Below, piece after piece: positions 1 through 11,170 of a DNA stretch of 64,000 nucleotides. The notes under the pieces are model-generated. The model worked only from the letters and a program-made list of their open reading frames with translations. It was not told where the DNA came from and did not search any database. Positions within the stretch are counted from its first letter, which is position 1; each line of letters begins with the position of its first letter. Source of the DNA: a virus; the IMG/VR virus record IMGVR_UViG_3300023179_000020; one strand, 5' to 3'. A program made the translations under genes and the position numbers.

Positions 1-2
1 CT

Positions 3-1400
3 GTAACAATTTTTAGTGTAGATAATACTAATGGGTTTCCTACATTTTTTCTACTTAAAAAATCAAGACAAGCAATTTCAGCCGATATTCAAACAACAAC
101 TTTTTCATTTGGCCCTCCAGAACGTTTCCAAACAGTTGAAATAAATGATGCTAGTATTATTCAAATATTAGACATTGTTGATAGTGATGGAAATGAATGG
201 TATGAAGTGCCATATATGGCTCAAGAAACAGTTTTTGATACTATTAAAAACACAAATCCAAATGATCCTAATTTCTATTCAGATCAATCAGAAGTTCCAT
301 ATTTATTACAATTAAGAAAAGTACCACGTAGATTTGTTTCTAGATTTATAGATAAAGAAACGTTACAACTACAATTTGGTGCAGGAACAACTACTCAAAA
401 TAATGATGAAGAAGTTATTCCTAATCCTGAAAATGTAGGTTTAGGACTTCCTTATAAACGTTCTTTATTAACAACTGCTTTTTCACCTACTAATTTTTTG
501 TATACTGACACTTATGGTATTTCTCCTTATAATACAACATTAACTGTTCGTTATTTAACAGGAGGAGGAGTTTCCTCAAATGTATCTGCTGGAACCTTAA
601 CTACTATTAACAACACAGAAAATATTAGATTTCAAAATAGCAATTTAGATCCGGTTTTATCCCAAACTGTTTTTGATTCAGTATTAGTTAATAACCCCAA
701 TGCTGCTTCAGGTGGACAAGACGGTGATACAACAGATGAAATAAGATTTAATTCTTTATCAACATTTGCTACTCAATTAAGAAGTGTAACACAAGATGAC
801 TATTTAGTTAGAGCATTGAGTATACCTTCTCAATATGGTAGTATAGCAAAAGCATATGTTGAACCACAAAAACTAGAAAATTTACTACCAGGTGAAACCC
901 CTTCAGTTTTAAATTTGTTTGTTTTAGCTTTTGATAATGATAAAAAATTAAAATTTGCTTCTACAGCTTTAAAACAAAATTTATCAACGTATCTTTCTCA
1001 ATATAGAATTGTTAATGATTCTATAAAAATTAAAGATGCCTTTTATATTAATATAGGAATAGATTTTGATATAACAGTTCTCCCAGAATATAATAATAAT
1101 GAAGTTATTTTTAATGGTATCCAAGCATTAAAAGATTATTTTCAAATTGATAAATGGCAAATCAATGAACCTATCTTATTAAAAGATTTATTTATTCTTT
1201 TAGACAAAATAGATGGAGTTCAAACTGTAAAAAATATTAATATTACAAATAAAGTAGGAGCAAATTTAGGATACTCAAATTTTGCTTATGATGTAAAAGG
1301 AGCAACTGTAAACAATGTTGTTTATCCTTCATTAGACCCAATGGTTTTTGAAGTAAGATTTCCTGATACTGATATTAAAGGACGTGTAGTGCCTTTATAA
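3..1400 (+). CDS. Baseplate wedge subunit (T4 gp6 / baseplate J-like), 5'-truncated by window edge
   Basis: Frame is open from nt 3 into the 207..1400 ORF. Motifs YLTGGG..SNV, ASGGQDGDT.DEIR, RSVTQDDY and GSIAKAYV are typical of gp6/J-like wedge proteins. Confidence 0.8.
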   Translation, partial: VTIFSVDNTNGFPTFFLLKKSRQAISADIQTTTFSFGPPERFQTVEINDASIIQILDIVDSDGNEWYEVPYMAQETVFDTIKNTNPNDPNFYSDQSEVPYLLQLRKVPRRFVSRFIDKETLQLQFGAGTTTQNNDEEVIPNPENVGLGLPYKRSLLTTAFSPTNFLYTDTYGISPYNTTLTVRYLTGGGVSSNVSAGTLTTINNTENIRFQNSNLDPVLSQTVFDSVLVNNPNAASGGQDGDTTDEIRFNSLSTFATQLRSVTQDDYLVRALSIPSQYGSIAKAYVEPQKLENLLPGETPSVLNLFVLAFDNDKKLKFASTALKQNLSTYLSQYRIVNDSIKIKDAFYINIGIDFDITVLPEYNNNEVIFNGIQALKDYFQIDKWQINEPILLKDLFILLDKIDGVQTVKNINITNKVGANLGYSNFAYDVKGATVNNVVYPSLDPMVFEVRFPDTDIKGRVVPL

Positions 1401-1421
1401 TTTTTATATTTATAATAAAAA

Positions 1422-2540
1422 ATGGCAGTTTATAAAATATTTCCTGTTAAAGACGCTTCCATTTATTCGCTATACCCTAGTAAAAATACAGGGTTAGATG
1501 AAATATTAGAATCATCTGCTGATATAGATATATCTGGTACCCCCCAATCAAGTAGATTTTTAGTTCAATTTTCTGATACTGAAATAAACGATATTATTAC
1601 TAATAAAATTAGTGGTTCTCAATGGCAAGCCAATTTTAGAGGATTTGTATCTAATTTAGAAGGATTAAACCTTACTACTACTCTTGAATTTTATCCATTA
1701 TCCGGATCATGGGATATGGGTACAGGAAAATATTCATATAATCCTGAATATATCAATGGAGTAAGTTGGGCCTGGAAATCATATTCTGGTAGTAATGCTT
1801 GGTCTACAAGTAATTTTTCAGCATATGTAACTGCTTCATATTCAGGATCAGCGGGAGGAGGAACATGGTATACAGGATCAGCTAATGCTACTGTTTTACC
1901 AATTTATTCAACTCAAAGTTTTGCATATCTTGATTCAGGTGATATTAATGTTAATATTACTAACATGGTTAAGGCATGGTATAGTGGATCTATATCTAAT
2001 AATGGTTTTATAGCTAAACAAGCAGTTGAATTTGTTGATAGTGAAGATTATCAAATTGAGATGAAATTTTTCTCAAGAGATACTCACACTATTTATCCTC
2101 CACAATTAGAATTTAGATGGAGAGATTATGCTTTCAACACAGGATCTTCAACTACTACCATTTTATCAACCCAAACCGCAACAGTAGCTATAGATGAAAA
2201 TCCTGGTTTATTTTACCCTGAAAGTGTAAATAAATTTAGAGTAAACTCAAGACCAACATACCCAGCAAGAACATTTCAAACATCTTCATATTATACAACA
2301 AATTATTATTTACCAACAGCATCATTTTTTGCTGTAAAAGACTTGGATACTAACGAATTTGTTATAGATTTTGATGATCAATATACTCAATTAAGTGCTG
2401 ATGAACAAGGAAATTATTTTACTCTTTATATGAACGGATTAGAACCTGAAAGGTATTATAAAATTTTAATTAAAAGTATTATTAATGGTTCAACTATAGT
2501 TTTTGATAATAATTATTCTTTTAAAGTAGTTAATGGCTAA
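1422..2540 (+). CDS. Putative virion structural protein
   Basis: 372-aa Ser/Thr/Gly-rich beta-type protein in the baseplate cluster; preceded by TATTTATA motif. Confidence 0.55.
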   Translation: MAVYKIFPVKDASIYSLYPSKNTGLDEILESSADIDISGTPQSSRFLVQFSDTEINDIITNKISGSQWQANFRGFVSNLEGLNLTTTLEFYPLSGSWDMGTGKYSYNPEYINGVSWAWKSYSGSNAWSTSNFSAYVTASYSGSAGGGTWYTGSANATVLPIYSTQSFAYLDSGDINVNITNMVKAWYSGSISNNGFIAKQAVEFVDSEDYQIEMKFFSRDTHTIYPPQLEFRWRDYAFNTGSSTTTILSTQTATVAIDENPGLFYPESVNKFRVNSRPTYPARTFQTSSYYTTNYYLPTASFFAVKDLDTNEFVIDFDDQYTQLSADEQGNYFTLYMNGLEPERYYKILIKSIINGSTIVFDNNYSFKVVNG

Positions 2541-2880
2541 TTATTCTTTAAATAAAACAGTCTATAATAAAGAGGCATATGAAAAAACAATTGATACTTC
2601 ATTTGCTCAAATTCAGACACCTCCTCCTCCTTTAGAGGATACTATAAGTGTTGCTGAGTTTTTTAATCTTTATACAGCTATTTTTTATGATATTCCAACA
2701 GAAGGAGATATAAATTCACATGCTTATTTAGTTAAAACAAGTGGTGATTACATAGGTGGAGAACAAATTAATGCTGATGTTCAAGCGTTACTAGACGAAA
2801 TAACTGCTTTAAGACAAGAAAATTTATCTTTACAACAAGAATTAGTTTCAACAATATCATCTTCTATTACCACAGCATAA
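2533..2880 (+). CDS. Hypothetical protein with C-terminal coiled coil
   Basis: 115-aa ORF translationally coupled to its neighbours. Confidence 0.6.
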   Translation: MANYSLNKTVYNKEAYEKTIDTSFAQIQTPPPPLEDTISVAEFFNLYTAIFYDIPTEGDINSHAYLVKTSGDYIGGEQINADVQALLDEITALRQENLSLQQELVSTISSSITTA

Positions 2881-2881
2881 A

Positions 2882-5800
2882 ATGGCAGCTACAATAACCA
2901 ATATAGACCCAGTTACTTTAAAAACTCAAACATATTCTTTTCAGGATTTAAACTTGGTTCCTGCTGAATCTGTTCCTTCACAGTTTGATCCTTCTAAAAA
3001 TTATATTGAATATATAATTCAATCCTTAGATGGTGTTTTTTCTATTACAGAACAAAATTATGGTGGTTATAAAGTTATAAATGATACTTCACCTGTTGGT
3101 GAACCTGTTATATATGACATAGATATTAATCCTGAACAAGATGTAATTGATAGAGGTTTTTCTCAAGGTTCATGGAATACAATTTATAATTTTTTAAATA
3201 ATGAATTAAGTTCCTCTTCTGAAACCCAACCATATTATATAAAAGAAATATCTTCGGACAGAACAGAAATTAGAATTGCTTCTAATGTTATTTCTAATGA
3301 AAGTTTAGAACCATTAGTAAATGAATTTTTAGATAAATTAACATCAACTGAATATTTTCAAGATTTTTACCTTAATTTTGGTAGCAATAATCTTATCATA
3401 GCAAATAATTTATTGCTTGATAATACTAAAGAACAATATGAAGTTCTAATTAATTTATACGAACCACTCCCCACACAATTTACAGATAAAAGTACTTTGT
3501 GGGTTGTAACAAAAGTAGCTGATTCATTAGCATTTAATATTACTTTTCAACCTACATTAGTTGTTCCTCAAAGTTTTAGCCCTACAATTAAAGGACCAAA
3601 TTTTGATTTACCTTTAAAAGATCAACTTAATAATTCAAGTTTTTATGTTAATTATGAACAATTATTAACCACTGAAGTAAATGCTTCTTATCAACAAATG
3701 TTATCGTATTTAAACGATAAAAGTATAAATATTGGAATTAACTTTACAGATTTTAGTAATTTTGTTCATTTATCATCAGCTGAAACCAGAATAAATAGGT
3801 TTTTTTATAAAATTCAACTATTAGAACAATATAATGCAGACTTAGGAAGTTTATCAGTAGTAACATCATCTTCACTTAATTCTAGTGTTACTGTTTTAAA
3901 TGAAAAAATTGATAATATATTTAAAAATTTTGATGCTTTTGAATATTATCTTTATTACGAATCTGGTTCAAACACATATCCAAAATCAAACTCAATCCCC
4001 CCATACTCAGTTGTTACTTCAACCAGTCCTCAAGCCATAACATGGTATAATGAACAAATAATAAGTGCATCAGCATATGATAGGAATAATCAAGATTATT
4101 TGGTAAATACAATACCTGATTATTTAAAAGACGATCCTCAAAATGATCCGTATAAAGTATTTGTAGATATGGTTGGTCATTTTTATGATAATATTTATGT
4201 TTATTATAAAGATGTTTCTAATCGTTACAATGGTGATAATAGATTAGAATACGGTATTTCTAAAGACTTAGTAGCAGATGCTTTAAGATCATTTGGTTTA
4301 AAAATTTATCAAAACAATTTTTCAACAGATAATTTATTTGCAGCTTTTACAGGTGTTAGTACTGATACAAATTTACCTCCTGGTGGATATATAATTAGTG
4401 GTAATTTATATGTTACTTCTTCATACATTGTAGAAGATGCTGATCCTCCAACTTTTAATGGTTATTTTGAAGAAGAATATACAGAATTTTTACCAAATCC
4501 TTTTGAATTAATAACAGATGCTATTTCTATTGGTGATCAATATACTCCAACAGATGATTTAATAAAAGAAATTTATAAACGTTTATATCATAACTTACCT
4601 CTTTTATTAAAACAAAAAGGTACAGTTGCTGGTTTAAGAAACCTTATAAACATTTATGGTATTCCTGACACTATTTTACGTATAAGTGAATTTGGAGGAA
4701 GAGATAAAGATGAAACTACTTATGATTATTTTTACGATAAATACAGTTTAGCAGCTACAGTATCTGGTTCTTCACTTGGGTATGTAAATACATTTTTTGA
4801 ATTAAATACAACTTGGAGTGCTCCTGATGATCGTCCAGCGTGTGTGCAATTTAGGTTTAATACTAATCAACAGCCTTCTGCTTCGATGGCTCCATTAGGA
4901 TTATTCCAAACAGATACTGGATTTATTAATCAAATGACCGGTAGTCTAATCTTAACATATACTGGATCAGGATACACAACAGCTTCATATTCATACCCAG
5001 ATTCAGGTTCAAAACTAGCCCCAGATTATCAATATGCTAAACTAGATTTTGTTCCTAACAGTGCTAATCCTAACACTAGTGCTAGTGTATACTTACCATT
5101 TTTTGACCAAAATTGGTGGTCAGTAATGATTAACAGATCTGGAAGTACAAATCCTACATTTACTTTATACGCAGGAAACAAGGTTACTTATAATGGGTAT
5201 GATGGAAACCAAATTGGATTTTTTGCTTCTTCTTCTGTAACTTCTACTTGGAGTTCAGGTTCAAATAGATTTGCACGATTTTTCTTAGCTAGTTCTAGTT
5301 TAGGGTTATTTCCTTTTACAAGTGGTTCTATACAAGAAATAAGATACTGGACTAGAACCCAAAGTGCAGAATCATTTAAGGATTTTATAATGAATCCTAG
5401 TTCTATTGATTTTGTAGGAGAAAATGAAGACTATGCTAATTACTTAGCCTTCAGAGCACCTTTAGGAAATGAATTATACATAGGATCATCTTCCGTTCAT
5501 CCTAAAGTTTCTGGTAGTTGGCCTACTACTGCTTCTCTTTATGACTTTACAATCGGATATATAGGAGAAACAAATGAATTTACTATTAATACTTCATCTA
5601 TAACATTTGTTCCTACCACAGATTCAGTATTATTTAATTCTCCAATTGGTGGTTTAAAAAACAGAGTAACAGATAAAATACAAATAGTATCTTCAAGTTA
5701 CCCTCCAGTTAGTTTGTTTTATACTCAATCTGGTGATACTTTATCACAATACAGAAGTATAGAACAGTTTCCACTTTCTACAAATAGTGAATCGCCTGAC

Positions 5801-6652
5801 GTAAATGCTTTAGAAGTTGCATTTTCACCTCAAAATGAAATTGATGATGACATAATATCTTCTTTAGGATACTTCAACATTGGAGAATACATTGGTGATC
5901 CAAGACAAATATCTTCTTCTGCTACTTCTTATCCTGATCTTGTTAGAATAAGGGACGATTATTTTAAAAAATATTTTGATAATTACGATTTAGTAGATTA
6001 CATCAGATTAATTAAGTTTTTTGACAATTCATTATTTAAAATGATTAAAGATTTTGTTCCTGCAAGAACAAATCTAAGATCAGGAATTGTTATAAAACCA
6101 CACATGTTAGAAAGAAATAAATATCCTCAACCACAAGCAAGTTGGAGAGATGAAGTAATAACAGCATCTGTTTATACTCAACAAGTATGGGATCCTGTTA
6201 CTCAAGACACATACATGTCTTCTTCATTAATAGAAAAAATATATGGTAGTACAGGTGGAACATTTAATGAATTTAATGGTCTAGATACTTCTCCTTATGG
6301 TATTAATACTTTAGGATTATCAAACAGATTCTTTTTAACACAATCCTGGTATGAAACAACAATAGGCCCTTCAGGCTCTACCCAATTATTACATGATGAT
6401 CAAAGTGAATTTTATAATGGAGAATTACAAGGAACAATTATTGAAGCATCAAATGGAGAATTAAATGAAGCTAATGTTTTTAAACATCCTAACACGTTAG
6501 ATATACCTTACTATGATTTAACATTTTATATAAGTACTATAACCTCAGAAACAGAATTTACAGATCCTTTAACTTCACCAAACCAAGGAGAAATGTATTT
6601 ATGGTATGATTCAGGTAGTATAATAAGAGATTCATTTAGTGGAAGAAAATAA
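2882..6652 (+). CDS. Large baseplate/tail structural protein (wedge-like)
   Basis: 1256 aa; LLKQKGTVAGLRNLINIYG resembles the KGT motif of P2 gpI / T4 gp7-like wedge proteins; located in the baseplate cluster. Confidence 0.55.
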   Translation: MAATITNIDPVTLKTQTYSFQDLNLVPAESVPSQFDPSKNYIEYIIQSLDGVFSITEQNYGGYKVINDTSPVGEPVIYDIDINPEQDVIDRGFSQGSWNTIYNFLNNELSSSSETQPYYIKEISSDRTEIRIASNVISNESLEPLVNEFLDKLTSTEYFQDFYLNFGSNNLIIANNLLLDNTKEQYEVLINLYEPLPTQFTDKSTLWVVTKVADSLAFNITFQPTLVVPQSFSPTIKGPNFDLPLKDQLNNSSFYVNYEQLLTTEVNASYQQMLSYLNDKSINIGINFTDFSNFVHLSSAETRINRFFYKIQLLEQYNADLGSLSVVTSSSLNSSVTVLNEKIDNIFKNFDAFEYYLYYESGSNTYPKSNSIPPYSVVTSTSPQAITWYNEQIISASAYDRNNQDYLVNTIPDYLKDDPQNDPYKVFVDMVGHFYDNIYVYYKDVSNRYNGDNRLEYGISKDLVADALRSFGLKIYQNNFSTDNLFAAFTGVSTDTNLPPGGYIISGNLYVTSSYIVEDADPPTFNGYFEEEYTEFLPNPFELITDAISIGDQYTPTDDLIKEIYKRLYHNLPLLLKQKGTVAGLRNLINIYGIPDTILRISEFGGRDKDETTYDYFYDKYSLAATVSGSSLGYVNTFFELNTTWSAPDDRPACVQFRFNTNQQPSASMAPLGLFQTDTGFINQMTGSLILTYTGSGYTTASYSYPDSGSKLAPDYQYAKLDFVPNSANPNTSASVYLPFFDQNWWSVMINRSGSTNPTFTLYAGNKVTYNGYDGNQIGFFASSSVTSTWSSGSNRFARFFLASSSLGLFPFTSGSIQEIRYWTRTQSAESFKDFIMNPSSIDFVGENEDYANYLAFRAPLGNELYIGSSSVHPKVSGSWPTTASLYDFTIGYIGETNEFTINTSSITFVPTTDSVLFNSPIGGLKNRVTDKIQIVSSSYPPVSLFYTQSGDTLSQYRSIEQFPLSTNSESPDVNALEVAFSPQNEIDDDIISSLGYFNIGEYIGDPRQISSSATSYPDLVRIRDDYFKKYFDNYDLVDYIRLIKFFDNSLFKMIKDFVPARTNLRSGIVIKPHMLERNKYPQPQASWRDEVITASVYTQQVWDPVTQDTYMSSSLIEKIYGSTGGTFNEFNGLDTSPYGINTLGLSNRFFLTQSWYETTIGPSGSTQLLHDDQSEFYNGELQGTIIEASNGELNEANVFKHPNTLDIPYYDLTFYISTITSETEFTDPLTSPNQGEMYLWYDSGSIIRDSFSGRK

Positions 6653-6664
6653 TATAAAAATATA

Positions 6665-7672
6665 ATGGCAACTTCAGGAACCCCCGGTTACGGTCAAATA
6701 AAAGCTGACGGAGTTAGATACATAAAAATCAATAAAGCTGATGGTAATGGTGTTGATAGATCATCATATTTAAATCAACTTGAACAGTTAACCATTAAAT
6801 ATACAGATATTGGTACAAAAACGTATCAAATTGTTAATATTCAAGAACAACCAACCTCTTATCTATACTCAGTATATCCATTTGTTGTTCAACCTTCAGG
6901 AGCAAATGATTCTGTAAATTATACAGTATTAGATTATAGTTTTTTAGCAACAAAAAATTCACCCACAGTTAACTCTGGAAAACCCACATTTTCAAATAGA
7001 ATACAATCATATAATAGTGTAACAGGTAATGCTTTAGGATACTTTACCAGCTCTTCAGGTACATACATAGCGGGAAATACACCTAATGTTATACTAAAAG
7101 TCCAAGTAAGTGGTAGTGGAACTGGAAATGCAGGAGGAGATCTTCAATTTTGGGTTGTTAGAAATCCTTTTTCAGAAGATAGGGTAGAATTTACATTAGC
7201 TTCTAGTTATAATGGTGGAACTTTTAATAAAACGTATTATTTTAGTTCTTCTTTTAATATTATAGAAACTGATCAATTTGGATTTCTTTTATATAAAACA
7301 GGTGGAACAATAGGTGTAAATGAAGTACATTTTAGTATGTCTATACATCAAGCTAATGTTAATTCTCCTAGTACTCCTCTTCCTTTAATAGTATTTGAAC
7401 CTGATTTTATTGATTTTACGTATAATGATTATAATGTACTATTAGGAAATGCGGATGGTAATAATACTTCAAATACGTATTTAGAAATAGATTATGTTCC
7501 TAATTCTTTAACACCTATAAATTTTGCTCAAATTATAGATGGAGTAGCAGTTCCTGCTCAAATTCAAGATTCTAATTATGCTTCAAAATCTTGGTCTAAT
7601 ATTCGTTATAATGGATCAAGACAAAGTGCTTATGATTTTAATAAACCTTTTATTAATCCTAATCAAACTTAA
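6665..7672 (+). CDS. Putative tail/baseplate-associated structural protein
   Basis: 335-aa S/T/N-rich ORF within the structural operon. Confidence 0.5.
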   Translation: MATSGTPGYGQIKADGVRYIKINKADGNGVDRSSYLNQLEQLTIKYTDIGTKTYQIVNIQEQPTSYLYSVYPFVVQPSGANDSVNYTVLDYSFLATKNSPTVNSGKPTFSNRIQSYNSVTGNALGYFTSSSGTYIAGNTPNVILKVQVSGSGTGNAGGDLQFWVVRNPFSEDRVEFTLASSYNGGTFNKTYYFSSSFNIIETDQFGFLLYKTGGTIGVNEVHFSMSIHQANVNSPSTPLPLIVFEPDFIDFTYNDYNVLLGNADGNNTSNTYLEIDYVPNSLTPINFAQIIDGVAVPAQIQDSNYASKSWSNIRYNGSRQSAYDFNKPFINPNQT

Positions 7673-7686
7673 TAAAGTTATATTTT

Positions 7687-9420
7687 ATGGTAGATAATTA
7701 TACATACGACTCACTTAATGATCCTGGTTATTACACGGGAGACTTATCAACTACTTCTATAGTAGACCAAAAAGACACATATATGGCGTTTTGTGCTGCT
7801 GTTGGAGGACGCAATGAACCCGAAATTATCAAATCACAAAAATACGAAATAACCACTTTAATAGATGAAAATGGAGAAATTTATACTCCAAATGATACTG
7901 ATATAGTATCTACTTCTATTATAAAAAATGTTTTTGGTCGTGGAAAAAGAACCGAAATCAGAGTAATTTCAAACCCTGGCAACGCAAACCTTAATTATCC
8001 CGGATATAAAGGTACTCATACCAGTCAAGGAGTAGGATATTTTCAAAACATACTAGTAACTACTTATGGTACAGGAGCAGGAGACTGGGTACAAACAATG
8101 AGTTTTGCTAATGCCATATCTCAAGACTTTGTAGTAGAAAATCTTAATGCAAAATGGGGAACAAATACTGGTTTTGATACTTACGGAAGAGTTCCTTTAA
8201 CCCAAAGCTATTGGAAAAGTGCCAGTTATATGTTTTCTCGTGGATTAACAGATATGCCTAACTTTACAACTGGAAGTGCCCCAGGTACGATAAGTAATAA
8301 TTATAAATTAATAAATTATAGTACAGATACAGCTAATACTAGGTTTAAAGTAAAAGTAAAAATGCCTTTTAGTAAAAGAATATATAGGAGTGATAGTGGA
8401 ACCTATTTAGTTGCTGATACTTATCCTCTTATTCAACCTATTAATATTCAATGGAGAGTAAGAAATTTAACCACAAACACTGTTTTATATACTTCCCCAT
8501 ATAGCCAAGTTTTCTACCCAGGAGATGGTGCTGCGTATCAAGGAGTAGAAGGAGAATCTTCATATTTTGATATGAATCAAAATGATACATTTCAAATTGA
8601 ATGGAGATATAATACTACTCTTCCTAATTCTTCTCTTTTTCCCTCTATTTATCAAATTGTTCCATTTTTTGATTTAAGATCATCATCAACTGAATGTTAT
8701 TATCAATTCATTCCTGAAAACCCAGCAGCATCTGTAGTAGGACAAATTACTTATATTAATGGTCAAAATTCATGGTTTGCCCCTTATATAAAAGATGTTT
8801 GGACTATTACTGGTTCTATTCAAAGTACAGATCCTGATACTGGTGATCCATTTGGTTACAATGCTGGTTCTTCACTTTTATTTTGGTCACCTACTGCTTC
8901 TGCTAATGCATTTAGTAGTTATCCTCAACAATTACCTGCTGCATCTGAAACTTTTGGTTTTGGAGGAGTAGAAGTACTTCCATTTAATCAAATAAGAGCT
9001 GGAGACTTTATACGATTTGGTTATTGGAAACCAGATCTTGAATCAGCTGTTCATTTTATTGAAAAAAAGTATATAAATGGCCTTAATTTTGGATTATTAG
9101 TCACACCAGCAGTAACAACTACAGGAACTCCTCTTGGTGGACTTCCTGCACTAGTAGGAACAGGAAGTCAATACCCTTCAGGATCAATTAATAATTTTAA
9201 TATTTACAGAATAGATGAAAATAATAATACTTCAACAGTAAATTTATACATAAATGAACTTTATCCTGCTAGAGGTCCTTTTAGTTATTTAAATCCACTT
9301 CCTGGAGGAAATGGAGTACCTCCATCTGTAATTTTGTTTCCTGAAAATGCTTCTCAAAAACTAAAAGATAATTATAATTCAATAATTAAAAGACTTACGG
9401 CAGAAGGTATAGTATACTAA
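7687..9420 (+). CDS. Putative tail/baseplate-associated structural protein
   Basis: 577-aa beta-rich ORF within the structural operon. Confidence 0.5.
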   Translation: MVDNYTYDSLNDPGYYTGDLSTTSIVDQKDTYMAFCAAVGGRNEPEIIKSQKYEITTLIDENGEIYTPNDTDIVSTSIIKNVFGRGKRTEIRVISNPGNANLNYPGYKGTHTSQGVGYFQNILVTTYGTGAGDWVQTMSFANAISQDFVVENLNAKWGTNTGFDTYGRVPLTQSYWKSASYMFSRGLTDMPNFTTGSAPGTISNNYKLINYSTDTANTRFKVKVKMPFSKRIYRSDSGTYLVADTYPLIQPINIQWRVRNLTTNTVLYTSPYSQVFYPGDGAAYQGVEGESSYFDMNQNDTFQIEWRYNTTLPNSSLFPSIYQIVPFFDLRSSSTECYYQFIPENPAASVVGQITYINGQNSWFAPYIKDVWTITGSIQSTDPDTGDPFGYNAGSSLLFWSPTASANAFSSYPQQLPAASETFGFGGVEVLPFNQIRAGDFIRFGYWKPDLESAVHFIEKKYINGLNFGLLVTPAVTTTGTPLGGLPALVGTGSQYPSGSINNFNIYRIDENNNTSTVNLYINELYPARGPFSYLNPLPGGNGVPPSVILFPENASQKLKDNYNSIIKRLTAEGIVY

Positions 9421-9428
9421 TATTTATA
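9421..9428 (+). promoter_or_regulatory. TATTTATA late-promoter-like motif (representative of ~25 copies)
   Basis: Motif immediately after a stop codon and 16 nt before the ATG at 9445; see findings for the full list. Confidence 0.65.
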
Positions 9429-9444
9429 ATAAAAATAATATAAA

Positions 9445-10101
9445 ATGGGATTTCTTAACAACTCAGTAGTCACAGTTGATGCTATTTTAACTCGCAAAGG
9501 TAGAGAGTTATTAGCCAAAAATGATGGTTCATTTCGTATAACACAATTTGCTTTAGCAGATGATGAAATTGATTATACACTTTATAATCCAACCCACCCA
9601 TCAGGTTCTGCTTATTATGGACAAGCAATTGATAATATGCCTTTATTAGAAGCATTTCCAGATGAAACACAGGTAATGAAATATTTGTTAACAACTTTAC
9701 CTAGAGGTACTTCTAAACTTCCAATTTTAGCTTTAGGTCAAGCATCTGTTACCTTAAAACAAGGTGAATCTAAAACTATTACTCCTCAAACTTTAAATTA
9801 CTTAGGAGGACTTAACACATTTGAATCATCAGGTTATAATGCTATAGTAGCAGACGTAAGATTATTAAACACATTTACTGGTACAGGTATTAATACAACT
9901 CAAGCAACCGCTTTAAATTCAACAACAACTATAGGAACAAATGTTTCTAAAACGGTTGTAGGAACATCAATAAGTTTTACAGCAACAACTGTTAATGTTT
10001 TATTCCCAACAGGAGTAACTCAAATTTCTACTACTTTAACTGTTATTGGTAGAGACAGTGGTGCTCGAATAACTATACCTCTTATTGTAACTAAATCTTA
10101 A
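9445..10101 (+). CDS. Structural protein resembling the N-terminal part of tail-collar/fibre attachment domains
   Basis: AILTRKGRELLA...ITQFALAD resembles the start of P2 gpH-type (DUF3751-like) domains; own TATTTATA at 9421. Confidence 0.5.
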   Translation: MGFLNNSVVTVDAILTRKGRELLAKNDGSFRITQFALADDEIDYTLYNPTHPSGSAYYGQAIDNMPLLEAFPDETQVMKYLLTTLPRGTSKLPILALGQASVTLKQGESKTITPQTLNYLGGLNTFESSGYNAIVADVRLLNTFTGTGINTTQATALNSTTTIGTNVSKTVVGTSISFTATTVNVLFPTGVTQISTTLTVIGRDSGARITIPLIVTKS

Positions 10102-10117
10102 TTTAAAAAATAAATAA

Positions 10118-11167
10118 ATGGCTTATAAAAGATTAGACCCAGAAGATTTTGTAGTTAGTGCAGATAGCATAACTGCTCCATGTTGGTCAGACAATATTCC
10201 TACTTTATCTAACTTATATACATCTTCAATACAAGAAGCAGGAAGTACAGGTACATATTATTTAAATGTATACCAAACAGAATCCAATAATTCACAAGCA
10301 GAAATCCAGTTTAACATAGCATATGGTGATGAAACAGGAGGTGGATCTTTATTATACCAAGCTGGTATAAGTGGTTTATCCCCAACTAGAACTATTTATG
10401 GACAATTTAGAAATTTAATATACCCCGATGCTGAGGATGCAAGTTTTATATTTAGTACTATAACAAGTTCTTATTTTTATGCTTTAACAGTAGAAAGAGC
10501 TAGATCAAAACAATCACTTTTCCCGGGTAGTTTAAATTTAACTTTATACAGTGCTTCCAGTCAAATCCAGCTTACTGATAATAGTAATGACTTAACAGTT
10601 GTCCCATTTGTTGGTAATTTAAGAATGTACCAAATAGTTTCAGGTAGTAATGGTAATGCTATTACTTTAGCTAATAGTGCTCCTAGTGCAACTGCTGCTG
10701 GAATGACAAGTCAAGGATCATACGGTTTATTTTTCCCAGACATTAGTACTATTATTTTAAATGGAGCAGCACTTGATTTAACATTTGCTAATGGTGGTAT
10801 TAATTTAGCAACAACTAGATCATCTAATGTTGATGCTAATAATAATTCAAGATTATTTAGTAGAATAACAAGTGGTAGTAATAATAATAGTTCATTTGGT
10901 CTTAATAGTCAAGAAACAATAACCTCAGACTTTGTATTCTGCAGAGCCCGAAACGCAGAATTTAACTACTCAGAAAATCCAAGTTTTATATCTGGTAGTA
11001 CTGGTACAATTTTATATGATGTATTTATTAATAATCCTCAAACATATGTTACAACTATAGGATTATACAATGATACAAATGAATTGTTAGCTGTAGCTAA
11101 ATTGTCAAAACCACTTAAAAAAGATTTTACTAAAGAAACTTTAGTAAGAGTTAAGTTAGATTTTTGA
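10118..11167 (+). CDS. Structural protein, paralog of 11171..12115
   Basis: C-terminus EFNYS.N...YVTTIGLYNDTNELLAVAKLSKPL is shared with the next gene. Confidence 0.6.
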   Translation: MAYKRLDPEDFVVSADSITAPCWSDNIPTLSNLYTSSIQEAGSTGTYYLNVYQTESNNSQAEIQFNIAYGDETGGGSLLYQAGISGLSPTRTIYGQFRNLIYPDAEDASFIFSTITSSYFYALTVERARSKQSLFPGSLNLTLYSASSQIQLTDNSNDLTVVPFVGNLRMYQIVSGSNGNAITLANSAPSATAAGMTSQGSYGLFFPDISTIILNGAALDLTFANGGINLATTRSSNVDANNNSRLFSRITSGSNNNSSFGLNSQETITSDFVFCRARNAEFNYSENPSFISGSTGTILYDVFINNPQTYVTTIGLYNDTNELLAVAKLSKPLKKDFTKETLVRVKLDF

Positions 11168-11170
11168 TGA